Source of the DNA: the human T2T-CHM13v2.0 reference genome, Homo sapiens
Strand: one strand, 5' to 3'
DNA length: 64,000 nt
Assembly: GCF_009914755.1 (NCBI RefSeq)
Contig: NC_060932.1
A model generated the notes under the pieces. That model saw nothing but the letters and a program-made list of their open reading frames with translations. It ran no database searches and was not told the origin of the DNA. This document shows, piece by piece, positions 20,999 to 47,072 of this stretch. Within the stretch, counting starts at the first letter, position 1, and each line of letters opens with the position of its first letter. The translations under genes and the position numbers were made by a program.

Positions 20999-23900
20999 CT
21001 ATAATTAGAGAAGAAAAAGCAAAGCACAAGCATTTCATATTTACCAATACTTCTAGCATGTCAGTTATTGTTTTTAAAGGTAATTACTGCTTTCATGGAG
21101 TTCTAGCTCAGAGCCAGGTACTTAGAAGGTGCATAATAACTAAATTTTGAATAAAACAATCTATACTGATAATAGAAGGCACTGAAGATGAGGCAAAAAA
21201 AAGAGGTCCTAAGTTGAGGGCCACACAACTGTTCTCTGTCATACTCCCTTAAATGGCCCCCACTGCAGCTCAGAAAAAACTTTTTCCTGCAGAAGATGCC
21301 CTATTCTTAGTGTAGCTCATAGAAGTTTACAGATTAGGCAATTAAGGGGTAGTGAGTAAGCAGTCCCTGGTGATTGTAAGGAATGTGTGTTGTTGCTTTT
21401 TATTTTACAAAGAATGCATATTCATTTTTTAAGTGTTAAAAAAAAAAGACCAAAAAACAAACACCTACCAAAGGGAAAAATGGAAGAAAGGGGGAAAAAA
21501 TCATTTGTATGCTTATCATGCAAAGATCACTTTTAATATGCTGTTATGTATCCTTCTAATCTTTTTGAGCATAGGGACTTTCGGGAGGGTACATATTTTT
21601 AATTGTCATAATTGTACTGTGAGTACAATTTTGTTTTATATTATATCATAAATATTTGCATGTTTTTATAGCTTATAAGAAGAAAATCAGCTAACTGATA
21701 GTTCAAGGAATAATAAAGTTATTCCATGGTCTACAACCCAAATAAATGTAAGGAAAACAGATTAACGGAACTTAAGAACTAACTGTCTCAGTTTGCTTTT
21801 TTCACAGCATCTTTGTCCCTATTTGGGTTTCTTTTCCTATCCAGTGTCACTCCTTCCTCAGTACTTTGTCTGTTATGTCTTGCTTTCTCCCCTTCCCCGC
21901 TTTCTAAAAAGTGTATTTTATCTTAACTGCTATTTAATGATAATGAAGTACACTTTGAGTATTTCTTATAAGTGGCCAAAGTTCTGTTCTTTATTTTTCT
22001 TTATTTTTTCTGTTCTTTATTTTTAATATCAGATACATTTAATCTGTAATGAATTACTCAACAAAAGTAGTGCACATAGCTTGGCTATTGTGAATATTGC
22101 TGCAAAGAACATGGGAGTGCACATGTTGCTTTTAAAATAGTAATTTCACTTTCTTTGGATATATACCCTAAATTTAGTCTGCACTAGACTTTGAGGGATT
22201 CCAATAAGTAATTTATGTGAAAATATAAGACATTGTTTTTTTAAAAATAAGGCAATCCTAAACTTCCTGGCACTGCTGCTTACTGTGTGACCTTAGGCAA
22301 ATATATGTCTTCATCTATAACTTGAGGTTAATTAAGATTAGTTGCCATGGCATATAAAGTGCCTGGAACAAAGAAAGTAATAAATGTGTCAGTTCTCTGC
22401 CTGTTTGCCTGCCCTGCTACCTCTTAACTAATTCCCTTTCTCTTAATTTTTGTCAACAGAGAGCGAAAACATTTTAAGTAAGGAAGAAGAAACTTCTTGA
22501 CCTATTGACAAATAAGTAGTTGACTTTTTATAAGAAAGTTATCTTCATAAATTATAACTTCAGCCTTCAGTTCTGGGCTCTGGAATATGCCTTCTCCAAC
22601 AGCATTTGTTTGGCAGGGTTTAATAGAGCCGTAACTATCTTATTTTACGTTGAGAGTTACATTGTATTTCTCTTACTCTAAAAACCTATAAGGAAGGGAT
22701 TATGTATCACATTTTTTACAGTGTTGAATGTGATGCCCATCATCTAAAAGTTAATACAAACACTTAGAGAACGTTAAATTAATATAGATAAAGAGTGCTT
22801 AGAGTTTTGTTAATTGTTCTTTACTTGATAAATGACCTTCGACATACTCCCTCCAGTGTATGTTTATTTAAGACTAAACTAATCCTGTGCTGAAATACGA
22901 TTACCCTTTGGATACGCTCTGGTTGTTCATTGCCTTCCTGTCTTTAATAAAAAGCTTTCACTTTCCTGCTCTTCAATAAGTTACTAAAGGAAGCAGACAC
23001 TTTTCTGGACAGTCTCTATTTGATAAATGATCATGTCATGCTATCACTTAGAGGAGTGCTGCAAAATACTAAGGAGCAAATTCTATTTCCCCTGCAGGGC
23101 TGATGCCTAAGCTCCTTTCTAGGCGTCTGCAGCACAGCAATGCTCTCTCTACCATTAATGATGACCGCTGATGAACCTGTATTTGACCAGCATACTCCAA
23201 TCTTTATCGGAAATGTCTGGACCAACCGTCCTTACTAAATCTAAAGACAGCCATTTGTCATCCTTCTGACTGCCTGTCATCATCTGCCTGGGAAAATCTA
23301 TAATTTTTGGCTTGTTCCTGACTCAACTGTGCAATGAATAAATTTATCTTTGGGTCACTCTGCTTGTCAGGATCAATATTGAGCAGAGGTTGAATAAATT
23401 AGAAACTGAGAAAACATGACAGGCCGTAGAAGTTTGTTCATTTGTGTCTTATAAATCAGATATTTAGTTCATATAAGAGGCAAACATGTCAAATTTTTTA
23501 TTTCCCTCATTCATACTGAAGATTCTATACCTCATGATAAATGGTCATCAGAAAACCAATGAAGTAAATCACTAATATATCTGATTTTGAGATGAACTTT
23601 TCAGATAATTGTATTGATTTAGCAAACTTTACAGACTTAAAAACTATAGGTAAAGATTAAACTTTTTTTTGTTCTTCAAGTTTTATACATTTTTGGAGCC
23701 ATGATATTTATTTGACTTAATAGTGTCAGCAAGCTATATAATGCTGGCCCTAGTGAAGTTCATGGCTCAACTTAGCCTCATCAGGCTACTTGTACAAATG
23801 CAAAAGTCTTATTGTAAATTGTTGTTAAACTATCTAATAATTTTTATACATTGATGAATATCTGTTTAAAGGAGGTACAGGAAAAACATGCAAAGACATG

Positions 23901-24294
23901 TTAACCAAAAGTAAATGTCATTTAAACTAGAGCCCTGTAAGTTAAAGGAGTTTCTACACTATGGAGTATTGTTTGGCCTAAAACCTCTCTTTCGCCTTCT
24001 CTTCAGTGGTTGACCTTGCCACCAATTTTACTGGGGAGAAGTGGGTCATCCGTCCACCAAGTTTTCTCAGTTATCTGCCTTTGATTTCACACTTTCTCTT
24101 CCATTCTTCTTTTCCATTTTTCTCAACAAAGGAAGAGTCACACCTCTTTCCCCAGGTTAAGTAGTTCTTTTGTTCCCAGCCTTTTCTTCCTGGGATCTTC
24201 TCTCCCTTCCATTTCCATTTCCAGTATCTCCGTCTTATCTGGAGTTTATTTTATCTCTTACCTACCATTGCCAAACTTCTTGAAGACTGATCCG

Positions 24295-24440
24295 GACTAA
24301 TGCTTCTCAAACTTTCATGTGCTTAAGAATCCTGAGTGATCTTATTTAAATGCAGGTTCTGAGTTGTTAGGTCTGAGACAGAAGCCGAGATTCTGCATTT
24401 CTGCTGCTGCTGCTGGTCTAGGTCCCCACTTGGAGTTGGC
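24295..24440. mobile_element. MER5A-like DNA transposon remnant
   Basis: cttctcaaactt...aaatgcaggttctga...gagattctgcatttct...gctgctggtc. Confidence 0.65.
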
Positions 24441-24863
24441 CTAGTCTACTGCATGGCTATAGTGTGGATAACAGCTGGTTGCTTCTTCAACCACTGGGCA
24501 CTCCTGCAATCTGGTGCCACTGAAAAGGCATTGCTAGCCTTATCACTGATCCACACATTGCCAATCACATACTTTCCCAGTCTCAATTCTTTGGAATATC
24601 GTACCCTGGTCACCACTCCATGGCTTTGTGATTCTACGTTCTTGCATGGATCCTTCATGAATCTCTGACTCCACAAGTAACAAACCTCTGACTACAGAAA
24701 TCCCCAATGTATGAAAAGGCTGTTTCATACATTGGGGAAATCTCTATTAAAGTTTCCACCATCTCTCACTTCCTAACTAACCTGGCCTCTTCCAATCTGT
24801 TCTTCATATTGTAGCCATGTGGATCTTTTCAAACCGCTAATCTCAGCCACATACCGAGAACTG

Positions 24864-24944
24864 AACATCTAACTAATAAAACATCTAACTAATAGAAGCA
24901 ACTACTAATAAAACATCTAACTAATAGAACATCTAACTAATAAA
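24864..24944. repeat. Short imperfect tandem array of the 16-mer aacatctaactaata(a/g)
   Basis: Four full copies plus a partial copy are directly visible. Confidence 0.9.
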
Positions 24945-25339
24945 AGCAATGCTGTAAGAACATCTATGCAGTGACAGTCTTCCCCATAATGCATCAGCAC
25001 GTTTCCAGAGAGCGAGAGCTCTCACTGGGGAGCAGGAGCATATGTCCCTGGTGGGAGAACCTTGGGGACCAATTCACTTGACTCCTTTTCTATAATCTAT
25101 GTTTATTCCTTTCAAACAGTGTTGGTTTCCCTTCCCTGGACCACAGCAGAATGTAAAATCACAGCTAGAAAAAAGTTTGCCTCCCGTAACCCATTGCCTT
25201 CTCTATTTATACTTAGACCCTTTATAGAAAAAGAATGGCCACATTTATGATAATAGTCAAACTTCTGTTACCCTAAAGAAAGAGAGGTCATCTATTCACA
25301 AGAGGAAGAACCAAATTATGTGGGAGGCCAAGCTGAGCA

Positions 25340-26345
25340 TTTCTTTGTACTCTCTCCCCTCCCGACTATAGGCAATCTTGTCGATGATAGTAGTTTCAGT
25401 GACCACTTAATACGCTGAAGATTCACATTTATTTATCCTCTGAGCTGTGGCCTCATATGTCCAATTATGTACTTGACATTTTCTCTGGAACATTTCAAAG
25501 GCGCTTCAAACCCTACACTACCAAAACTCATTATCTCTCAAACTTGACTCTTGACTTCTTTATTTCTCATTGTGCAAGGCAAGAAGCCCAGGAATCACTC
25601 TTGACCTCTCCTTCTCCCATGCTCCCTATATCCAACTCACAACCAAGTCTTATCCACTTTACTTCCTAAACAGCTCTCCAATCTGTCCACTCCATTTCCA
25701 TCCCTACCTTATTAAAGTCTCCATCATCTCTCACTTTGTAACTAGCCTGGCCTCTTCCAGTCTGTTCTTCACACTGTAGCCATGCAGATCTTTTCAAACC
25801 GCTAATCTCCAGTTACTTCACTCCTGGCTTAAACACCTCCACTGGCTCCTCATTGTTCTAAGGATAAAGGCAAAACTCTCTTTCATGCCTATGTGGCCCA
25901 TCTACCCGCTGGCCTCTGCACTATGTTCCACCTTCACTATCTCAGCTTCTTATCCCTCATATTTGCCATGCTCCAACCTGCCCCAGGACCTTGGCACATG
26001 CTGTTTTATTTGCCTGATAAGTGTTTCTTTTCTCTCAGAGCTCAGCTATCCCTTTCTTAGAGAAGCCTTTAGTGACCTCTCTAACTAGGACAGATCCCTC
26101 TCTTATAATAGGCTCGCAGAGACACATACTTCATTTTTGTGGTACTTGTGCAATTTTATATTTGTTTTGGGATGACTATGTGCTTAATGTTTCTCTTCCC
26201 CTGAATGTTGAGAATTCCTCAAGGCCAGGGATCATATCTGTTTTCTGCTCACTTTTGTGTCCCCCATTGTCTAGCAAGTACTGCCACATAGTAGGTGTTT
26301 TCAATGAATGTATGAGAGATGAATGAATGAATGAATGAATGAACA
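25340..26345 (+). mobile_element. L2 3' fragment ending in (GAAT)n
   Basis: Pyrimidine-rich L2 pattern; ...cacatagtaggtgttttcaatgaatg... followed by (gaat)n at 26321-26343. Confidence 0.75.
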
Positions 26346-29129
26346 AGAGAGGGCCAGGTGACCTAAGGCTAGAAGCAGGACAGGAATTATAGGGAGAAAT
26401 AAGATGGAACCATTTTTGAAGAAGTTGCTAATTAGAGGTGCTGCAGACATGGAAAGAGAGAGAAAAGAAAGACTATCTTCTCTTTTCTTCTATTTCCTCC
26501 TCTATCCCTTCTCTCCATTTATATATCCTCCTGTCTAGAAGTCCCTGCCCTGGACCAGTTTTGGATTAAGGAATAGCAGAGATGAAGGCAGAGTTAGAGG
26601 ATCTTGGTGGTAAGGAGTCCTTGGCAGTTGTGGGTCTAAAGATGTGAGGAGAGGAGAGGGAATGAAATCTCAAGCAGCAGGAGGGCCAAAAGTTGCTTGG
26701 CTACCCAGCTTCTTACAGGTAGCCTCTGTAATGAGGCATATCCTGTGCCTCAGCCTCTAATGCAGCCACTCCCTTGTGGCTCTAGGACCCTCAGTAAGCT
26801 AGGGCATGGCATTGTTTCAGAATGCTTATATTTCCTGGAAACCCAGTTCTCTCTTTTCTTTCCACAGAGCTCAAGAATTTCAGTCCCTTGGTAGCACTTT
26901 TCCTTGCTACATGTGTTCCTTTAAATATCTTCCTTTCTCACTGCTCAAACAAGAATCTTGGTTGAAAGATTCAAAGTTGTTTAACCATCCTAAGGGATCA
27001 TTATTTTTTCATATTTTCTTAAAGTAGTCACTTACAAAATGTGTCTTCTATGCCAAAAGATATATACATTCAGTTTGATGGAACAAGACTACAAGAAGAC
27101 AATTTGTAGATACACACAAATTGCTAAGATGCTTTAGTTTATAATACTTTGCAAAAATCTATCTGCAATATTGATTAACAGGACTTTCATAGTATGGAGT
27201 AATCTATTACAATATTTATAATAATACAATGGTGTGACTAAGGTTCCTTTTAAAAACATTTGAATATTAATTTTAAATTTTGAATATTTACTTTTAGAGA
27301 TAATAGTAAATTATCAGCAAAAGTAATAACTTTAAAATGATAATTTCCTGTGTAAGAACTACACTAGTTATTTCCTGTATTTTCTGTAGGCACACTTAAG
27401 GAACTTAGGTCCATATAAAAGCAGCTGCTCTAAGTGCTGAAAACCTTGGGTAATTACAGTGGTTTTGTTAGGATTCTCTAATGATGTCCATTTCTTTTTC
27501 CCCATGGCACAAAGCTGTCTGTTGCTGACGATTCAGGATGGATGTCAGTGACCTTATATATGGCATGAGAGATTTTTTGCCTATAGCACAGGGTTTGATG
27601 TCAGTAGCTTTTGGACAATGTCAGTGAACAAAAAGAAGGAAAAAATTAAAGCCAAATATAGAGATGCTGCCCAGGAATACATAACAGAAAAACGAGTTAA
27701 TATTCTGATGCTAGGCTTCAACATGTCCTTTGACTAAGCCTTCAGAAGATTATTTAAAATGAACCACAAAAAGCACATTTCAAACATATCCTGGGCAATG
27801 TCTATATTCAGAATGCCAAGAAGCTGTGTCCAGGCATTTTTAATTGTTTGTGTCTTCATGGTGGAAGTAAAAGAACTTAAGATTTTATTCTTACTCCTTG
27901 GATATCTTCACTCTATGGGAGGGAAAAGCAACTTTTGGTATATACCAACAGCTGGAACTCAGTGAATGGTTTGCATTCCTTCTCCAGAATATTTTTTTGT
28001 GCCCTTCTTCATTTGTTCTATAAACATACAGTAGGTGCCTGCTATGTGCCAAGCACTGGGCTGGGCTCTGGGTAACCCTGAAGTAAATAAATCAAAATTC
28101 CTTGCATTCAAAGCTACTCAGTCTAATGAGGGATATGGTGATACACAATAACAAGGTTATATTGATCAAGTTTCCTCACCAACCATTCTCTATTTAAATT
28201 ATGTTAAAAAATTAAAGTGAGATAATCAACACAGTTAAAATATCAAATAAGATCATAGGGTTTATAACAAAACTTAAAGAGTATGTCAGGGCTTATAACA
28301 AAACCACTTTCAACTTCTTCAGCTATTTCTACACACATTTATGTCCACATTTCTAAATAACAATGGCTATTTTTGATTTTTAAATCTTAGATATTTATCT
28401 ACTAAATTTCTACTATGAAAGATGATGATTTAATTCTCATAAGTACTACCTCCAACCCCTACTACACTTCCCTTCTCCCACTATGTCAGTAGAGTTATAC
28501 TAACATTGTTAATTAATTTTCACTGAGTGTCTTATTATTATTATTATTTGAGACAGAGTCTCACTCTGTCACCCAGGCTGGAGTGCAGTAGTATGATCAT
28601 GGCTCACTGCAGCTTTGACCTCCCAGGCTCAAGCGATCCTTCCACCAAAGCCTCCCGAATGGCTGGGACTCAGGCATGTGCCACCATGCCTGTCTAGTGT
28701 TTCTGTATTTTTTGTAGAGATAGGGTTTCACCATCTTTCCCAGGCTGGTCTCGAACTCGTGAGCTCAATCAATCCTCCTGCCTTGGCCTCCCAAAGTGCT
28801 GGGATCACAGATGTGAGCCACTGCACCTGGCCAAGTTTCAGTGACTATATTATTAAGCTCAATTAAGTATTCTTCACAGCTAAACTACATAGTACACTAG
28901 GATTGCCTCTTCTTTTCCCTAGAGTTAAAAATTGCCTAATTTCTTAGTTTTCTATGTACTTACCACAGTTCAGTCTGTTGCAGCATGGGCTGGGTGCCTT
29001 CTAGCCTACCGTACAGCTGCTGTCCTAAGACTTACCTTCACTTCTGTGAATTTCCTTAGCTTTTCTACTGTTTCCTAGATACCATGTCTTCCCTTTTCCT
29101 AGTTTACTCTCCTGTTTAGGTGGAATACT

Positions 29130-37400
<8,271 letters not shown>

Positions 37401-38819
37401 ATTGGGAGATGTTTTCTCTTGAGCTAGTCAGTTTCCCTAAAGAGGAATGAATTCACCAACTTTTGCCCAGCGTTTTAAAGCCATGTAGGCAGGGTTTTGA
37501 GAGTAGAGCCTACTTGTATGCATGAGAGGGAGATAAATATTGGCTAACATTTCAGTGTTTAGTCTTTCATGAAATCCACCCACTTTTTTTTTTTTTTTTT
37601 TTTTTAGCATTACCATTTGTTGTGGTTTTTGACCCACAGACTCTGTGGTTCAACTTCTTCACAAATTAAACTGGTCCCCTCTAACTTTGTTGTTCAGGTA
37701 TTCTATCCAGGCATTCTTTAAACTCTCCTCTGCCCTCATGTTAACCATTCAATATCATTCAGTGCAGGTGGCCACTCCCTCTTTCTTGAAACTCCTTTTT
37801 CTCTTCTTCTACATCATTGACTCCTGATGGAACTGATCTCTAAATACTGGAGTGTTTTTGTGATTGGTCTTGGTCTCATTTTTTTCTCTGTCTCTATTGT
37901 CTTTCACCCCATGCCATGACTTTTAAATATCATGTAAATGCTGTTGACTCTCAAACTTTCCAATCTTACTTCTCCCTTAAACTCCAGATGCTTACTTGAC
38001 ATGTCCATTTCAATATCCAATAGGCATTTTACGAGGTGGAATTATTCTGTTTCTTCCTTATAAAGGCTACCAGTGTCTTCCTGGTTCCTCACACAAAATT
38101 TAGGAGTCATCCTGATTCCTTCCCTTCCTTTATGCCTACATCCTGCTCATCAACAAGTTATATGAATTCCACCTTAAAATATAACTCATTACTTCCAAAC
38201 CCACCCACTCCTCTTCATCTCTAAGCAACCATCTTCTCTTATTTAACTTCTGCAGTAGTCTCCCAACTTATCTCTTTGCTGTAATTCTTGAAACTCATTC
38301 TTCATATAGCAATAGAGAATTGTTTTTTTTTTTTAAAAATCCTTCAGTTGACAGAGGAAGGGAAGAAAAAGAAAACAATGCTTTCAGTGGCTTTCTATTG
38401 CACTTAGAATAAAGTAAAAACTTGTGATCGTATCCTAAAATGACCTTTATGATCTGGCCTCTGTGCCTTCCTTTCTAATCTCATATTGTACTGTTGCCTC
38501 TTCATTCACTCAACAGTGTATTTACTGAGCACCTACAATGTATTAGAAACTAAGCTAGGCACTGGGTACCATACTACAGTGTTCCTTGGACACTCAAGCT
38601 TTCTTTGGCCTCAGAGCCTTTGCATCTACTTTTGCTAGTGCCTGGCATGTTCTTTCCCTAGCTCTTTGCATATCTTCTTTCTCATCCTTCAGATCTCAAT
38701 GTAAATGTCATTTCTTCCGAGGCCTTTCGTAATAACCTGATCTAAAATATCCGCTGACTCCTTTTTTTCTGTTATCTTATTTAATTCCTTCATAGCACTT
38801 TTCAAAATCTTCTCTGCTT

Positions 38820-42082
<3,263 letters not shown>

Positions 42083-43188
42083 TCAGAATTTATCCCATGA
42101 ACGTCTTACATTTTTCACATTGTAAGTTGAAACAACTAATTGAGTTGTGCTTCCTAAGGTCTTCTTATTTGAAACATCCACCCTGATTATTCAATTGCAT
42201 TTTAGATATTTTGAGGAATTCATTTGTGCTAGAATACATATATTTATTTTCATAATTATATATTGCTTATAACAGCTTTGGGATGAACCAGGTAATAGGT
42301 CTGAATTTGGAAACAAGGTCGACGTAACATTTTTAGGGTCACCAAATGGCTGTGTGGAAGTAGTTCTGAAAACAAAAGCTGTTTTTGGGAGAAAGAAGCT
42401 CATTCTCCTTCCTGTGGTTCGTATGTCAAGAAATTATACCACAGCTCATTCCGTTGCCAAACCAGAAACTTTGAGGTCATAGCAATGGCTCAACTCATGG
42501 ATGACTGTTTCGAGGAAGCCTTCTATAGCCCTAGGCTGACTTAGGGCTATCACAATACTTATAAAAACAGTATCATATTGTAGTCCCATTACTAGTTGAT
42601 TGTAGGTTTATTGCAGATCAAGACCGTATATTCCTTCCTTTGTTCTACACTGAGTAGTATTAGTGCCTGACAAATATTTAGGTGGCCAATACATATTTGA
42701 TTAAATGAATAATTGAATGAATATGGCATGATATGATATAACATGACATTAATATAGCTGGTAGAAATTAGAGTAAGTTCAGTCAGAATCATTTCAAGTA
42801 CTTCCCCAAAAAGAAGTAGCCAAGAGAGAGTTCAGGTCTAGTCACAGTTACTAGAAACTCATTCATTGGGAGATCAGGCTTAAGGGACAAGAAATCTAGT
42901 CTCTAGAAGAAAAAGTTTGATGGGAAAATAATGCAAAGAAGAGATACTTCCCTTCTCAGAGAAACTATTATTCTGTTGGTGAGGGATACAGGTATTGGAG
43001 TATAAAGGAGAAAACTAAATAAGAGGACAGAATTATACACATAAATACATTGAGAAGTAGGGATTCATTAGCTAATTTTAGAACAAATCCAGAGTAGTTT
43101 TTAATGTGATATATTTATTTTATAGCTATTACAAAACATTTTTCAATCATAATTTCATGTAAATATCTTAAAAATTAATTTCTCTTTA

Positions 43189-43404
<216 letters not shown>

Positions 43405-43804
43405 TCAGTTCAGGTTGTTTTGTTCTTTAGGCAAAAACATCAAAAGCCATGAAATTCTTTTTATTGCATTTTTTTTTCAGATGAAAGTTTTAGAACCACA
43501 GTATGTCATATAACTTACCCGTTCTCCCTATAATTCCTCCATAAGTCATATTTTTCTTTTCCAAGATACAAAATAAACTTATAGAATAAAGAAGCCAAGA
43601 ATCAAAAAGCAAAGAAAGAAAAAAAGATGCCCCAATAAACAAGTAACACAATATAGAAAAAATGCTTACTGTAGCTTTAGCAAATTATCATTTTGTGCAA
43701 AATATTACTAACATTTGTACTTACATAGGGGTGCGGTGGCTCATGCCTGTAATCTCAGCACTTTAGGAGGTGAAGCGGGCGGATCACTCGAGGTCAGGAG
43801 TTCA

Positions 43805-43990
<186 letters not shown>

Positions 43991-44251
43991 TCAAAAAAAG
44001 ATTTGTGCTTACATAGGAAGAAATAGTTTTTGTCTTTATTTTACTAAATAGGAAACATGACCAGGAATAAAATAATATCTGGTTTTTATTTTTCTCTCTA
44101 CCTGTCTATATGGTTTTCTCTTATCAATCCATATGTTCAGGAACTACTTAAAATAATAATTAGCTAATTAACAGGAATTTCAGTGTTGCTGTAACACTAA
44201 ATCAGAGTCATCTTATGAGGCTCAGGAATCTCTACCAAGATGGAGTCAATC

Positions 44252-44308
44252 ATCAATTCATGGCCTTTTGGCTAAGATCAAGTGTAGTATCTGTTCTTGT
44301 TAGTTTAA
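44252..44308 (+). pseudogene. 3'-truncated U2 snRNA pseudogene (U2 nt ~1-57)
   Basis: ggccttttggctaagatcaagtgtagtatctgttctt matches the U2 5' end including the GTAGTA branch-recognition sequence; A-run and degenerate flanking repeat (aagatggagtca / aacatggaggca). Confidence 0.92.
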
Positions 44309-44453
44309 GTTTAAAAAAAACATGGAGGCATCCATGCACAGCCAACCTTTAGAAAAAATATTTCCTGATACTAAAGTACTGGGAGAACTACCTCTTAATT
44401 TTTATAAATTTGGGTCAAAATCCATCCACTATCCTCTATTTCTGGGCCCTCTA

Positions 44454-44795
<342 letters not shown>

Positions 44796-45386
44796 TTAAA
44801 GTTAGCCTGTCCCAACAAGCCTCTTGTTTTGAGGATTAGCAGGAGCCTAAGTGGTACCCTCTGGCTTCTCAATTTATTGTGGCACCTCCATCCAATGTGA
44901 CTGGTTTCAGGCGACACAGTTGGGGCCCCAACCCCAGGGCTCCCAGGCCTACATAGTTCTGATGTGGTAGAGCTGTATGTAGTGCAATCTACAATCAAAT
45001 CAGGATCCTAGGAGAAAACAACTTATTATTCCAATGGCTCTCTACTAGATTGTTTAAAAGTTTCCAAATAATTGCACATTCCTCTCTCCTTAGGCATTTT
45101 CCTAAAATTTAAAATGTTGAGCCATGATAATCACCAAGGTCCACATTATGAATGAATGAACATCTGTATTAGAACTTCAGTTAACATACCTTTTCACATT
45201 CTTCTTTTCATCCTTCCAGTTACCCAAAGAGGCAGGTTTTATTATCCCACTTTATAAATGCTGAGTCTCTGAGATTGTACATGAGAAAATCAGCTTCAGT
45301 CCTCTGATAAGCTCTGAGCTGGCCATATAAACATGAAGAGGATGTACAATGTCCAAATATACCTTCACCACATTCCTGTTTCATTA

Positions 45387-45710
<324 letters not shown>

Positions 45711-46006
45711 CTATGAAAGGTTGGTTTATCTAAATGAGAACAAATTATATTCTTACACTTAATTTAGTCTAAAAGTACATTTTTTTTTTGCTTTTTAAAA
45801 AAGTGAGCGAATTGCAACATACAATTCATATGTTGCCTAACATATGAAAAGCCCGGGTAGATAGTTTGATAATAACCATTTTTGGGTTGTAGGTTTAAAA
45901 AATGAAGATTTCACGGCTAGACACAGTGGTTCACACCTGTAATCCCAGCACTTTGGGAGCCTGGGAGTTTAAGACCAGTCTGGGCAACATAGGGAGATCC
46001 CATCTC

Positions 46007-46045
<39 letters not shown>

Positions 46046-46904
46046 GCAAGCCAGTCAGTTATTGTGGTGCATACTTGTGGTCCCAGCTACTCAGGAAGCT
46101 GAAGTGGGAAGATCACTTGGACCTAGGACATCAAGGCTGAGATGAGTCATGATCGCGCCACTGCATTCCAGCCTGGGTGACAGAGCGAGACTCTGTCTCA
46201 AAACCAAGAGATAAAAGGAAAAATGAAGATATCTGGGCCTAACCCCTGGAGATTCTAATTTGGATATGTAGGTTGGAACCCAGTGCTCTGCATTTTTAAT
46301 AAGCATTCACCAGCCAACTCTTGTGTCCCCATTCTGAGGCTTTTAGCCGTTTCTTTGAGGAGCATGATAGTTACTCCAGTCTGGGGAAATTGGATCCACC
46401 AATCTTCATTGTCTAATTATAATCACTATAGGTAGTAAATGCCTTTTTACAATCAAGTTTACATCAATTGGATCAATTATATGACGCAGATGGTATGAGA
46501 TATATGATTCTGAAAGGCACATAACTCATCTGGGTTCCGTGGAAACTTCTTTTATCAGTTGAGCCCACATGAGGATGTTTTAAGTATCCCTATTAGCACT
46601 TAAGACAACCCTTCCCCAGAATGAAAAGTATATCAGGCTTAATAAAACACAAATTATTAATATTATATGTGAAACAATTTACTTCTTGTTAATAATAGTA
46701 GGAGAAAATAGAAATTGAGGTCTGTTCCACAAAACCCATGTGGGAATCATATGGTTTTTTTTCATATAAGTATGAAATCATATCAATTTCATATTGAATT
46801 TACTTTTGGAATTTAATGCAAAAAATGGAAATGCCTTCATGCAAAAAAATGTAAGTACCATAATCATAAAAATCAGATACATTATTAAAAAATAAAAGCA
46901 CTTA

Positions 46905-47072
<168 letters not shown>

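Noticed and set aside
24864-24944. Short repeats as a CRISPR-like array
   Set aside because: Tandem copies with no unique spacers, eukaryotic context and no cas genes.
46820-46842. aaaaatggaaatgccttcatg resembling the reverse complement of the U6 3' end
   Set aside because: Too short and mismatched; no further U6 sequence adjacent.
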